DNA of 50,535 nucleotides from a virus (IMGVR_UViG_3300030098_005177:1-50535); one strand, 5' to 3'. Shown: positions 36,806-47,251, counted from the first letter of the stretch. Made by a program: numbers and translations. The notes: generated by a model not told the origin, from the sequence alone.

Positions 36806-39800
36806 TAGTCTTGATGTCTCCTTTTCCCTGCTTTATAATTTCTTTCTATTTGACTTGCTGATAGTTCAGTTGCATCATAAATAGCTAGATCATCTACTAT
36901 CCCCATAAAGTGATTAGCCGTAGAACTTCCACTGCCAAGGTATCTATATCTAAAGACTGCATTAAAATCTTTATGATCTCCACTACCGTCTGCTACTGGG
37001 TCATCTTGCAAAATACCATTTACATATAGCCTTAATTCATCATCTGATCCTCTAGTAATTCCTATATGGTACCAAGTATTAATAGCAAAAGCACTTGCTG
37101 ATTCTCCATCTTTTTTATAGTTTAAAAGATAAGTAGTGCTAGCTGCATTAAGTTCTATTCTGTTTGCAGTATCGATACTAATAAAATCATTAGCATTACC
37201 TAAAAATACATTATCAGTAAGAGTTGATGGTTTTAACCAGACTGTTAAACTCCAATTAGCATCATCAGCTAATGTAGTAGTTGATCCCAAATCTACATAG
37301 CCCGTATAATCAGAATCTAAAGGAGCAAATATTCCAGAAGTGAATGATTTATTCATTATAAAGCCTTGAGTATCTCTTTCATCGTGTCCTTTTGGTAGTA
37401 ATAAATATTCTGATGCGCTTGCCGTTGTTCCAGAATTGTTATTAGTATTTGATAAATCATACCAAGCCTCTTTACCACTATTTCTCCAGTAGCCTATTAA
37501 ATCAGATGAAGATGCTATTACCCTTGAATGCAAGGTAGCATTTAATGCTTTTCCATCGTTATATAGTTCTTGGACTTGAGCTGAAGTTAATGCACCATTC
37601 CATACAGATATTTCCGTAATCGAACCGTTAAAGAAGCTTTCATAAACTGCTCCACTAGAATTATGCTGATTAGCTCCTATTGTAACACTATCTATAGTAT
37701 TTACATCGTTAAAGAATTTTTGTGTATCTTCGTCACCTGTACCATCTGCAAGAGTAGCAAGAACGCCATCTAAATATAACGCATTACCACCAGTGTCTAC
37801 AGTTAAAACAAAATGATGCCATTTCCCGTCTATAACACTAGTTTCATATGTTCTCTGTAAAGATAGAGTACCAGCCTCTCTAACGTGAAATCTTAAATGT
37901 CCATTAGCCATAACAAGTATCATAAGGTCACTATCTGCATCTCCATCATCACTTGCACTAAATATAACACCAGATACAGCAGGAGCCTTACTTACAATAA
38001 ACCACCCTGATATTGAACCAACCTCTAGGCTTTGAATCGTACTACTTAAACCATCTATTGTGACATAATCTGCTGCACCATCAAGCCAGAGCATTTCGTT
38101 AAACTTCTGGAATCCTAATTGAGGTATAATAGGTTCAGCATCTGCATTTGACCAACCAGTAGCAAATCCTACTTCTCTAACGCTTGCATCATCCCATTCT
38201 GTGTATCTATTAGATGTAGCAACTGAATTTTTTAATATTAAATGTGTAGTTGAAGCAGTAGCGGTAAAAGTTAAATCAACTACATCATCCGCAGCAATAT
38301 CAGTATCTGAAGCTAAAGCAGAGCCTGTCGCAACTGAATTATTTATATATACCTCGCCTTGTATTGTAGTCTCATTTTTAAGAGTAATCTGAGCTCTATA
38401 TGATCTTCCAGCAACTGTTGTAAAGCTTTGTGAGCAAAACATATCAGGACTACCACTAGCATCATTTGTTACTCTTAACAATCCACTTTCTGAAGATATA
38501 GTCATATCTGTTCCGGCAGTCCAGCCTGTCGCACTACTACCAAAATCTGTATTAGTTAATAATTGAGGGCCATAAAATACAGAAGTACCGTTATTTTTAT
38601 CGCTTACAGGCTTGATAGAAAGATTATCAAAAGTACCTACAAATGCTAAGCCACTCTGATTAATATATATATTTGTATTGCTCTTTGCTGTAAAGTAAGT
38701 AGAAAATGAGCCAATCCCGCTATTTGATACTGCCGCTGCATCAGCACTTGTCCCTAATTCAACTCTAACAGCTCCACTTGTATAAGCAGTAATATCATAT
38801 GAAATTTTATAAGTCTTACCAACAACAATACTGCCAGCACCAGATACAAATACTCTTCCAGTTGCACTTCCGTCACTTGTAAAGGCTGTACCATTTTGAC
38901 TCCAATTAGATCCTGTTGAAGTAAGATCCCAGCTCATATCACTAGTTATTATCTCATTACCCAATCCAGTATTGGCACCATCTATTAAATAAGATTGATT
39001 TCCTCTATGGCCACCTTGCATAGGATACCATACTTTAAGATTTTCATAAGGTAAATTAACTAAAGATTCTCGATTTGTATAAGCATAAGTAACATCATCT
39101 GCAGACCATTCTTTATTCCAAACTTGAAGATTAGCCATTTTACCACCAAACATATCGTTTGCATCTGTGCCATTGTTATATGCTCCAACTTGCCTAAAAT
39201 TCCCTGTATCAGATTTTAAAGATGTTAAAGCTGTTGTATCTGAACTGACAAGGGCTCCATTGATATACATCTTTGCACCTGTGGCTCCATTAAAAGTTGC
39301 TACAATAAATTTCCATTCCCCGTCATCAACAAATCCAGTGCCATCAGTTAGTACAATGCTTGATGAACCATCTGAACTAGGTACAAAAAATACTAAATTA
39401 TCAGCACCATTAAATTTAAAATAAGCCCCTCCACTATTATATGCGCAAATAGCTCCTCTATCTCCAACATCCTTTTTAACCCACGCAGATATAGTTAGCT
39501 CAGTCTCAAGGCCTCCAACATTCCTGGCAAAATCTATCCTATCATTAATCCCGTCAAATTCTAATGCTTGACCTGTAAATGCAGTAACTTTTTTCATAGA
39601 CACATTGTCTATATAAAACTCATTCCCATCACCTGCAGAACTATAAAATCGTATTTTATTATCAGCTGCTGCCTGTGTCCAATAAAATGAATAGCTTGTC
39701 CAAGATGCGTCCGTAAAATTTCTATCCCCAACTTTATTGTCACTTTTACCCAAATATACACCACCATCAACCACTTTAATATCAAAAGATACTAGGTATG

Positions 39801-40083
39801 TTTGACTGGGATTCGCAGTTTGATAATATCCTCTATCTGCAATAGATGTGACAATATGAGCTGCTGTGCTGTGGCCATCGTGCGATACAACTTCTTGTGT
39901 GCTTAAAGTGGCGTCAGTATATGCAGTCCATCCTGTAAAATCTCCAGATCCAAAATCCCCATTTGTAAGGTCTTCCTGAGATTCATCAGGTTTATTAAAT
40001 GGTGCCCAAACAGAACGTCCAGTAGGAATAACTGTTGGTCCAGAAATAAGCTTTTTTGTTACCCTATTGCCTAATCCTAGCAT
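36805..40083 (-). CDS. LamG / concanavalin-A-like lectin domain fiber protein with carbohydrate-binding modules
   Basis: MLGLG start; three LamG repeats (TISAWVK..WKFIVAT; SISGWF..WHHFVLT; SLTVWLK..WYHIGIT); CBM-like NGDF...IDNVSMK units. Confidence 0.85.
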   Translation of the reverse strand: MLGLGNRVTKKLISGPTVIPTGRSVWAPFNKPDESQEDLTNGDFGSGDFTGWTAYTDATLSTQEVVSHDGHSTAAHIVTSIADRGYYQTANPSQTYLVSFDIKVVDGGVYLGKSDNKVGDRNFTDASWTSYSFYWTQAAADNKIRFYSSAGDGNEFYIDNVSMKKVTAFTGQALEFDGINDRIDFARNVGGLETELTISAWVKKDVGDRGAICAYNSGGAYFKFNGADNLVFFVPSSDGSSSIVLTDGTGFVDDGEWKFIVATFNGATGAKMYINGALVSSDTTALTSLKSDTGNFRQVGAYNNGTDANDMFGGKMANLQVWNKEWSADDVTYAYTNRESLVNLPYENLKVWYPMQGGHRGNQSYLIDGANTGLGNEIITSDMSWDLTSTGSNWSQNGTAFTSDGSATGRVFVSGAGSIVVGKTYKISYDITAYTSGAVRVELGTSADAAAVSNSGIGSFSTYFTAKSNTNIYINQSGLAFVGTFDNLSIKPVSDKNNGTSVFYGPQLLTNTDFGSSATGWTAGTDMTISSESGLLRVTNDASGSPDMFCSQSFTTVAGRSYRAQITLKNETTIQGEVYINNSVATGSALASDTDIAADDVVDLTFTATASTTHLILKNSVATSNRYTEWDDASVREVGFATGWSNADAEPIIPQLGFQKFNEMLWLDGAADYVTIDGLSSTIQSLEVGSISGWFIVSKAPAVSGVIFSASDDGDADSDLMILVMANGHLRFHVREAGTLSLQRTYETSVIDGKWHHFVLTVDTGGNALYLDGVLATLADGTGDEDTQKFFNDVNTIDSVTIGANQHNSSGAVYESFFNGSITEISVWNGALTSAQVQELYNDGKALNATLHSRVIASSSDLIGYWRNSGKEAWYDLSNTNNNSGTTASASEYLLLPKGHDERDTQGFIMNKSFTSGIFAPLDSDYTGYVDLGSTTTLADDANWSLTVWLKPSTLTDNVFLGNANDFISIDTANRIELNAASTTYLLNYKKDGESASAFAINTWYHIGITRGSDDELRLYVNGILQDDPVADGSGDHKDFNAVFRYRYLGSGSSTANHFMGIVDDLAIYDATELSASQIERNYKAGKRRHQD

Positions 40084-40084
40084 A

Positions 40085-40480
40085 CTAACCTATATACGCA
40101 ATACAAGAACCTGTATCAACATCAATTTCTTTCCATCTACCATATATAGTCACCCCAGCAAGAAACTCTACAGAATCAACAACTTGACCTCCGCTACCTA
40201 ATACAGATGTTTCGGAACTAGCGGCCGCATCGTGAGCAGCAGTTTCAGTATTTATAAATTTATTTGCATCTTCCGCAACTAAACCTGAACTAGCATCAAA
40301 AGTAGTATCCTGTAGCATAGTAATTGCAACAAAGCTTTGATTTAAAGGCGGAACAATTGCATCACTACTAGCCTTAGTATATACAGACCCAGCTTGTCCT
40401 AAAGGACTTGAAGGATTAACAGGTCCTTGCCTATCTTGAGTTTGCACTGTACCAGCGTGCGTTATTTTTAAATCACTCAT
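40085..40480 (-). CDS. Putative head spike/fiber base protein
   Basis: GVTIYGRWKEI...CIAYIG C-terminus directly upstream of the MLGLG-LamG gene. Confidence 0.55.
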   Translation of the reverse strand: MSDLKITHAGTVQTQDRQGPVNPSSPLGQAGSVYTKASSDAIVPPLNQSFVAITMLQDTTFDASSGLVAEDANKFINTETAAHDAAASSETSVLGSGGQVVDSVEFLAGVTIYGRWKEIDVDTGSCIAYIG

Positions 40481-40495
40481 AATTTCTCCAGATTA

Positions 40496-40523
40496 GGTTA
40501 AGGGGCCCGAAGGCCCCATAACC
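40496..40523 (-). terminator. Terminator hairpin after the capsid genes
   Basis: GGTTATGGGGCC-TTCG-GGCCCCTTAACC with a cUUCGg tetraloop on the - strand. Confidence 0.75.
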
Positions 40524-40542
40524 AGTTGTTAACAAACTAACC

Positions 40543-41049
40543 TTATGATGGGTCAGCGCCTATACCACCTATATCAGACTGCTCTAATCCTGATTGTTCA
40601 GTCCCAACAACACCTGCTATTGATACTTCAATAGAACAGGCATCTTGAATATCTGCGCCGTCTGTAAATAGCCAGATTCGCATATATGGTCCATAAATAT
40701 CTGTACAATCAGCTTCTAATGAAGCGACACTTGCAGCAGATGTATCTATAGTATAATTCAAAGTTACTGAATTTATCCAATTTGGATGAGCGCCACTACC
40801 TGGTGTTACAACGTCTCCTGTTGTTAAGCCATTAGGAGATGTCTGTACATATGCATCAACATCACCATCAGTGGCTGAAGTTTCTGTCACTTTCAAAGTA
40901 ACAGCAAACTTCTTATCTTCCCAATCAAGTAGATCATTAGGAATTTTTGAAGTTGGAATGTAAGTTGCATTTGCACCGCCAGAATCTGCAATAGTAACAG
41001 TTTCTTTAAGTAGTATTGATTTTCCCTCAGTTGTTTTAGTCCAAGCCAT
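40543..41049 (-). CDS. Putative capsid decoration / auxiliary protein
   Basis: Directly after the MCP, strong AGGAGG SD, upstream of the capsid terminator. Confidence 0.55.
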   Translation of the reverse strand: MAWTKTTEGKSILLKETVTIADSGGANATYIPTSKIPNDLLDWEDKKFAVTLKVTETSATDGDVDAYVQTSPNGLTTGDVVTPGSGAHPNWINSVTLNYTIDTSAASVASLEADCTDIYGPYMRIWLFTDGADIQDACSIEVSIAGVVGTEQSGLEQSDIGGIGADPS

Positions 41050-41066
41050 TTATCTAGCCTCCTTCC

Positions 41067-42410
41067 TTAAGAAAACTTAAGAACTGCGTGAGTTTCAGGG
41101 AGACTAATTTCAAGACCAGCTTCAGTGATGATTTGATCTTGACGACCATCAACACCGTTATCTTGAATATTAGTTTCAATGAAGGTATCTCGACTAATAC
41201 CATTACCCGCTAGTGGACGATATGCTACATTAGATAAATCAACAGCAACACAATAATCTTCCCATATACCACGCAATAAGGGTTCAGCTACAAAGTGTAG
41301 ATTACCAAATATTGTGTTAACCATAGTAACGGAATGACCATATGCTCCTGGGATTGAGTTTACATCTAATCTATATTGAGAGCTTCCTACAGTATTATTC
41401 ATAAATGATCCAGCACCTAATTTATTTAAATAAGTAATTACCTTACGAGAAGCAAGAACTAATTTATCACCAGAATTACCAGACTCAGGTGCAAAGAAAT
41501 CTTCCATTGCATCTAAGAAAGCATCATATCCAGATGAAGCATAAGACATATTATATACTTTACCATTTGATTCAGTATAAGGAACAATACCCCAAGTATA
41601 ACGCTTAGGAATACTTGTAGATTGCTCATTAGAACTAGCACCAGTACCGAATAGGAAAGCGTGCTCAATATCCATCTTATGTTCCATAAGCTTACTTTGC
41701 CAAACGCGCTTATACTCGTCTTTAATGCCACGATATTCTGTAGCCATTGAAGTGCCAGAAAATATACTCATTGCAGTTTTGAATATTTGACAATATCCTT
41801 CACTGTCATATAGTTTATCTTCCCAACCTTCTGGAGAATCAGACCCTTCCCCAAATGCGCTGCCAATTACTTGGCCTTGAGCCCCAGCAGAAATAGTTTC
41901 TGTAGAACCAGTTGGATTAAGACAAGTTAATTGATCTGCAGTACCAGAACCAGCAATTACACCTGATGCGTTTGGCTCTAATAAAACAATACAATTAACT
42001 ACTGCACCACTATCTGTTTTAAATGCAATAATGTCATCTTTGTTGACAAAATTTGCAATTTGCTCTGATGAAGCTATTTTTCCATATTCATCATAGTTAG
42101 CCTTTAATGTAGTATTATTACCAGAACCATTAGTACAAGTTCCATTACTGGCGTGAACCGTGATATCAATTGCAGCAGCTGTTCCCAGAACCAAGTTACG
42201 TCTTTGCCATTGATGACGTTGTTCTAAGAATTTAAAAACAGGGTCATTTGTAGCTTTCTTTGCGACTTTCGATAGATATACAAAAAATGGTGATTGTTGA
42301 GGTGCTAATTCAGCAACTCTGTCACCAAAGTTAAAGACTCTACGTGTGTCGTCGATAGAAATACCACCAGGTGTCGCTGCACCAGCCTGACCACTATAAA
42401 AAGTAGACAT
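41067..42410 (-). CDS. Major capsid protein (HK97 fold, DUF5309/SU10-like)
   Basis: QIFKTA..SGT..A...KLMEHKMDIEHAFLFG, ITEAGLEI motifs; follows the scaffold gene. Confidence 0.88.
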   Translation of the reverse strand: MSTFYSGQAGAATPGGISIDDTRRVFNFGDRVAELAPQQSPFFVYLSKVAKKATNDPVFKFLEQRHQWQRRNLVLGTAAAIDITVHASNGTCTNGSGNNTTLKANYDEYGKIASSEQIANFVNKDDIIAFKTDSGAVVNCIVLLEPNASGVIAGSGTADQLTCLNPTGSTETISAGAQGQVIGSAFGEGSDSPEGWEDKLYDSEGYCQIFKTAMSIFSGTSMATEYRGIKDEYKRVWQSKLMEHKMDIEHAFLFGTGASSNEQSTSIPKRYTWGIVPYTESNGKVYNMSYASSGYDAFLDAMEDFFAPESGNSGDKLVLASRKVITYLNKLGAGSFMNNTVGSSQYRLDVNSIPGAYGHSVTMVNTIFGNLHFVAEPLLRGIWEDYCVAVDLSNVAYRPLAGNGISRDTFIETNIQDNGVDGRQDQIITEAGLEISLPETHAVLKFS

Positions 42411-42435
42411 ATTAGTATTCTCTCTTTCTTATTTT

Positions 42436-42473
42436 ACCCTCGATCAGCCCTCTATCGGGCCTTCAAGTAGGGT
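42436..42473 (-). promoter_or_regulatory. Bulged hairpin between scaffold and MCP genes
   Basis: ACCC(TAC)TTGA(AG)GCCC-GATAGA-GGGC(TGA)TCGAGGGT on the - strand. Confidence 0.55.
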
Positions 42474-42478
42474 TGTTA

Positions 42479-43441
42479 TTATTTAGTCCACGGATTCTTA
42501 TTATTAAGATCCGATATCATTGAGTCCATAATTTGGTCTTCGGTAGATCCTTGAGCCGCTTGAGACGACCCAGGGAGAACGCCCATAGGCGATGGCACTT
42601 GTTGTGCTCTTTGTGTCTGCTCGAAAGCAGAAGAAGGAGCTGTCGGTGCTGGTGCATTAGTTGGTGCACCTTGTCCCTTTTGGAATCTCCACAATTGTAC
42701 CAAATTATCCATTGTCAAGGATTCAGGAGAAGACATTTGCTGAATAAACTGCTGTGCTTCTTCTGCTCCCATATTATATTGAGACTGTACGTGCTGAGAT
42801 ATTTCTTGAACTTGTCGAGCTTGTTGTATTTTTGCATCACGCTGTTGTTCAGCATCCTTACGCATTTTAGCTTCATTGTCAAGCCTCTCTTGCAATACAG
42901 CCAGATCATATTGATGTCTAAGTCGATTATATTCATCAGAATTATCTCGCCATTCATCCATATCATCTAAGTACCTTGCGCTTTCAGAGGTCGGGTCAGC
43001 ATAGGCTTCCTCCCTATTAAAAGCCCTAGGTTTTTGTGGTTTTTCAGGTGGAGGTGGAAATTCCTCTTTTGCAGGGGCTTCAGGTTGAACAGCTTGCTGT
43101 TGTACTTGCTGTTGCTGATTCCGCAACTGATCTCTTTCATTCTCGAGTTTAGATGCTCTAGATTGCCAATATTCAAAACGAGTAACATCATTTTTATTAT
43201 CAGCAACAGGTTGAGCCTGAGGAGCTTCTTGAACTGGAGGCTGAGGAGTTTCAGTTTGCACTGCTTGAGGTTGTTCTGTTTCGGGTGTTCCAAAAGGGGA
43301 AGCCGTATCGTCAACACCACCTAATATAATATCGTCAATAGATACTTGATTATTGGAGCCTTCTGCAGCAGGTGCAAATGCGCTACTAGCATCATTTGGA
43401 TTAGCTTGTTGAGGGGTGTCCATTGTATTCTGGTTATCCAT
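42479..43441 (-). CDS. Capsid scaffolding protein
   Basis: Acidic, Pro/Gln-rich, coiled coil; between portal and MCP. Confidence 0.75.
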   Translation of the reverse strand: MDNQNTMDTPQQANPNDASSAFAPAAEGSNNQVSIDDIILGGVDDTASPFGTPETEQPQAVQTETPQPPVQEAPQAQPVADNKNDVTRFEYWQSRASKLENERDQLRNQQQQVQQQAVQPEAPAKEEFPPPPEKPQKPRAFNREEAYADPTSESARYLDDMDEWRDNSDEYNRLRHQYDLAVLQERLDNEAKMRKDAEQQRDAKIQQARQVQEISQHVQSQYNMGAEEAQQFIQQMSSPESLTMDNLVQLWRFQKGQGAPTNAPAPTAPSSAFEQTQRAQQVPSPMGVLPGSSQAAQGSTEDQIMDSMISDLNNKNPWTK

Positions 43442-43444
43442 TAC

Positions 43445-45661
43445 TTACTTTCCTTCTTTCTTGGTTGCCTCTTTGCTACCACCAGAGGGTGAACCATCTT
43501 TGATTGACCGACGAATATCGGTTTTTACAGTAGCTAAATTATCGTCTAATCTCTTTTCGAACAATGTGTTTGCAGCTTTAGCTTTATTCCCTAGATTATC
43601 CATCTGAGATTTAAACTTCTCGACCTCAACACGTTTACGTAGATTAACCGATTCTCTATCGCGTGTTTGTAAATCCCCTTGAAGATCTTTAATTTGCTCT
43701 GTAGCTGATTGTAACTGAGCTTGTAATTGAGCAATAGTGTCAGTTCTCTGCATAACGCCTTCAATATCGAAGACTTCTGTTTTCTTTAGAACTTCCTCTC
43801 TGTCAATTAGCCCTTTAGCATAAGCATCCATATAGAACTCAAGTTCGGCATAGCGATTTGTAGGTAAGGTAGAACCTGCTACAACCACTACATCATATTT
43901 ACCAACAGCGATATTATTTATGATTTTGACTTCACCAGTCTTATCATCATAAAATTGTTTATTAATCATATACTCTGACATAGCATTATTAGGCTGTACT
44001 ATCCTAAATATCTTTTCAGTTGTATATAATTGTTGCATCAAAGGTATAGCAACTTGAGCTGCTCTCGTTAAAGAGGCCTCAATATCAGCTAGCTTTGATT
44101 TAATTTTTCTCTGACCAAACTCATCAAGTGAGATGGTAGCTTTATAAGTTTGAGGAGCTGCTTGAGAATTACCCATCATCATTTCGTAAAGTCCTAATTG
44201 ATGGTCTATATCATTTTTAGCGTCCTGCTCATTCTTATACAATTCATTAGGAAGAGGCATAGGTTGTACTGGCATAGGGGCACCAGCATCCATATCAACT
44301 GGTATAGCTACACCAGGTTGCGCCCATTTTTCTTCAAAATCTTTCATATTCACGCTGCCCTCCGGAACAAGTATCTTAGTATTTGTACTTGTTGTAGCGT
44401 GTGCAATAACTAGACTTCGTGTCTTATTGATATATTCTTGTATGCCTTTTACCATACTTACATCTGAAACTGGATATGGAGTTCGTGTATGTATATTTAT
44501 AAATGGGACAACAGGATAATGTTCTGTAGGAAGTACCCTAGAGTATAATTTCTTATCACCCATAACAACACACATATGGATTCTACATACTTGTACTGAA
44601 GCAACTTTGATTAAATTAGCAGCTTTAAGCTCTGCAAAAGTTACTTTTTCTACATCTAATGGAGGGGGAGCTGGTAACTCTTCCGGATCCAGACCCTGAG
44701 TAGACGCTTGCAAAACCTCATTTTGATAAGCGGCAGCTTGTTGTTGCTCTAATTGCGATATTAATTGCTTAGCAATACCTTCATCAACTATAGGCCGTCC
44801 ATTGATGATCCAAGCTGGCTGGGCTAAATACTCCCCGTATTGTTCTTCTTCAAGTAAATCTTCTACACCAGAAAATTGTTCAAAGATTCTATACCTATTT
44901 ACAACTACCTTATTATACCACTCATACCCTCTAATATACTCATCATTCTCAGCAAAAGTAGACTTAGTTTTAGTCTGAGTATCCTCAGGGAAGATAGGAG
45001 CATTTTCATCTTTGTATAATCCGGTTTCAGGCTTATCTGAATATTCGTCAGATTCAGCATTCTCTATAGCCTTTTGGTACATAGGATATAAAGCCATAGC
45101 TTGATCTCTTGTAAATAGGCGTGATACTATAATATTCTCAGCATCATCAAAAAACCTATTTCTAGAATTTGGGTCAACATATACGTCGAGGGGATCTATG
45201 CTATTTATACACACTTCACCTTTACCCATATCTTTCATAGGGTCTTGATAAACGTGCATATATCCTATACCTGTTACGTAATAATCTTCAACGATATCAC
45301 GCACGACAGACCTACCATCCGAGATATCATACATATAAGACAATAGCCCTGACATTACTTGGGCTACCTTATTATCTGAATCTTCTCTAGGGGCTACTCT
45401 AAATGCAGGCCTGTTAGCCGTTATCATTGCCTTAGCAGACTCAACGGCAGGATGAATCCTATTTACTACAACAGGGGCCTGCCCTCTGGATTTTAAAGTC
45501 TCTTCTTGTTTTTTAGTCCACTGAACACCTAATCTAAACTCTCGATCAGACTGAGCTTTTTGCGCCCAAGTCTCTCTATTATTAGAATAAGTACGCCACA
45601 GATCATTAACTTTCTGAGCTATTTCTTTATCATCTAATTCATCGTATTTTTTATAGGCCAT
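43445..45661 (-). CDS. Portal protein (P22/SU10-like with C-terminal coiled-coil barrel)
   Basis: G.QW...L..RGQAP.VVNRI, YPVVPF, Q..INK.RS, GKYDVVV; C-terminal Gln-rich coil. Confidence 0.9.
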   Translation of the reverse strand: MAYKKYDELDDKEIAQKVNDLWRTYSNNRETWAQKAQSDREFRLGVQWTKKQEETLKSRGQAPVVVNRIHPAVESAKAMITANRPAFRVAPREDSDNKVAQVMSGLLSYMYDISDGRSVVRDIVEDYYVTGIGYMHVYQDPMKDMGKGEVCINSIDPLDVYVDPNSRNRFFDDAENIIVSRLFTRDQAMALYPMYQKAIENAESDEYSDKPETGLYKDENAPIFPEDTQTKTKSTFAENDEYIRGYEWYNKVVVNRYRIFEQFSGVEDLLEEEQYGEYLAQPAWIINGRPIVDEGIAKQLISQLEQQQAAAYQNEVLQASTQGLDPEELPAPPPLDVEKVTFAELKAANLIKVASVQVCRIHMCVVMGDKKLYSRVLPTEHYPVVPFINIHTRTPYPVSDVSMVKGIQEYINKTRSLVIAHATTSTNTKILVPEGSVNMKDFEEKWAQPGVAIPVDMDAGAPMPVQPMPLPNELYKNEQDAKNDIDHQLGLYEMMMGNSQAAPQTYKATISLDEFGQRKIKSKLADIEASLTRAAQVAIPLMQQLYTTEKIFRIVQPNNAMSEYMINKQFYDDKTGEVKIINNIAVGKYDVVVVAGSTLPTNRYAELEFYMDAYAKGLIDREEVLKKTEVFDIEGVMQRTDTIAQLQAQLQSATEQIKDLQGDLQTRDRESVNLRKRVEVEKFKSQMDNLGNKAKAANTLFEKRLDDNLATVKTDIRRSIKDGSPSGGSKEATKKEGK

Positions 45662-45668
45662 AGGTCGT

Positions 45669-45698
45669 AATTTATCCCTTACATAGTCAACCAGTCAA
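45669..45698 (-). promoter_or_regulatory. Putative portal/head operon promoter
   Basis: TTGACT-N18-TAAATT; ATG 7 nt downstream of the -10 box. Confidence 0.65.
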
Positions 45699-47172
45699 GG
45701 AATTTATTTTTTTTATCCTTTTCACTGGAAGAATCTTTAAATTCTGAGTGTCTTGATGCTCTAGCTCCGTCTAAAGCTGTCCATACTGCATCCATTATAT
45801 CGTCGTGTTTACCTTTAGGATAAGATAAGAACTCTTGCTGTGCCCCAATATCTTCTGGTCTAAAGTAAAACTGCCCCCTTGCAAACATAGGAACTAAAGA
45901 TAGAAGCCTCTCAGATTTGGAATTTCTTGGCTTAACACCACGTTCCAAGCCTGGTATGTAAATATCTTGCTCCTTCATCAGCTCTTTAGTAGCTGTTCTT
46001 AATGCCTCCTGATATCCTATTGTTTCTATCTTCATTCTTTTTGGACGAAACTTTTTGTACACTCGAATAATTTCATCAGGTTGTTCTGCAGGCGATATAC
46101 GTTTTTGGAAACAATCAAGGAGATAGCGGTTATTTTCTGAGTCGATTCCGATAGTAGCGATAACAAAAAAATCAGCACGAGCTGATAAAGAACTAGCAGG
46201 ATCAACCCCACTATAGACATTAATTGGTATAATCTTTTCATCATCCCCATCCTTTCCGACCAATACATTTTTACCATCACGCCTATCAAAGTCATAGTGG
46301 TGTAATTGTATCCAATCTGGCTTAAAAGGAGCATTGTCTGGAGATTGTGCTACATTCATATACTCCTGGTAGAATCCATTCAGGTTTCCAACAGAAGAAT
46401 ACTCCTCTTTTATTTGTAAAATACGCTTTTTAGGAAACCTTTCTGGCCATATACTCTCTTGGTTTTCGTCCCAAATAGAATACCAGAGGGTATGCCAAGC
46501 AGGACTTTCTTTCGCCCAATATAAAAAGCAATCCTCAGATATTACTGTACCAATCATACAGATCTTACCTTCGTCGGATAGGGAGGGGATAACAGCTTCT
46601 GTCATCCATTTTCTATTCTTGGCACGCGCCTCTGGAGTGTATGCATTTAACTCTGATTCAAAGTCATCAACTATAATATGAGTCGGCCTCGTATCTCCCT
46701 CAATAAAACCACGCACTCTTTGCCCAGTCCCTACAGCAACTATTCTAGCGCCATTAGCGAGTATAACATCTGTAGCTGTCCACTTTTGAGCAGTCTCTGG
46801 CCCAAGATCTCCAAACAAAGCTCTAAACTTGTCTGATCTAGTTAAGTGATATTTAATACGTGACAAGAAATTGATTGATTGTGCCTGTGATTCAGAAATA
46901 ATCACCATAAACACTTCTTCATTTGTAGCCTTAAATCCGCAAGTATATAATGGGTAAATAAGAGTCGTAACCGTACTCTTTGCCGTTCCTCGTGGAGCAG
47001 CGATCAAGACTCTCTTTGTCGTATCGTCGGATAATGAGGAATACACCTCGTGATGGAACGGGGGTGTCTGTTTGCGGAGGGCTGTTGGGAAGCAGTACCT
47101 TCCAAATAGTGCCATATTGCTCCGCATTTTCTTAAGAGCTCGTTGAAGCTCATACCTTTCTTCGTAATCCAA
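45679..47172 (-). CDS. terL: Terminase large subunit
   Basis: Walker A APRGTAKS, Walker B IIVDD, IGT coupling motif, nuclease GVDPA and HDDIMDA. Confidence 0.95.
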   Translation of the reverse strand: MDYEERYELQRALKKMRSNMALFGRYCFPTALRKQTPPFHHEVYSSLSDDTTKRVLIAAPRGTAKSTVTTLIYPLYTCGFKATNEEVFMVIISESQAQSINFLSRIKYHLTRSDKFRALFGDLGPETAQKWTATDVILANGARIVAVGTGQRVRGFIEGDTRPTHIIVDDFESELNAYTPEARAKNRKWMTEAVIPSLSDEGKICMIGTVISEDCFLYWAKESPAWHTLWYSIWDENQESIWPERFPKKRILQIKEEYSSVGNLNGFYQEYMNVAQSPDNAPFKPDWIQLHHYDFDRRDGKNVLVGKDGDDEKIIPINVYSGVDPASSLSARADFFVIATIGIDSENNRYLLDCFQKRISPAEQPDEIIRVYKKFRPKRMKIETIGYQEALRTATKELMKEQDIYIPGLERGVKPRNSKSERLLSLVPMFARGQFYFRPEDIGAQQEFLSYPKGKHDDIMDAVWTALDGARASRHSEFKDSSSEKDKKNKFLDWLTM

Positions 47173-47176
47173 GATA

Positions 47177-47251
47177 TTACTTTTTCTTTTTTGACTTCTT
47201 CTTCTTAGGTCTACCTACTTTCGACCCATAAGTGCCTTTTCCTTTTGGCAT
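47177..47251 (-). CDS. 24-aa lysine-rich peptide MPKGKGTYGSKVGRPKKKKSKKKK
   Basis: TAAGGAGA SD, clean ORF directly upstream of terL. Confidence 0.7.
   Translation of the reverse strand: MPKGKGTYGSKVGRPKKKKSKKKK

Noticed and set aside
42533-43607. Several alternative-frame and antisense ORFs over the scaffold gene
   Set aside because: By-products of the Gln/Pro/Ala codon bias; no SD or protein-like features.
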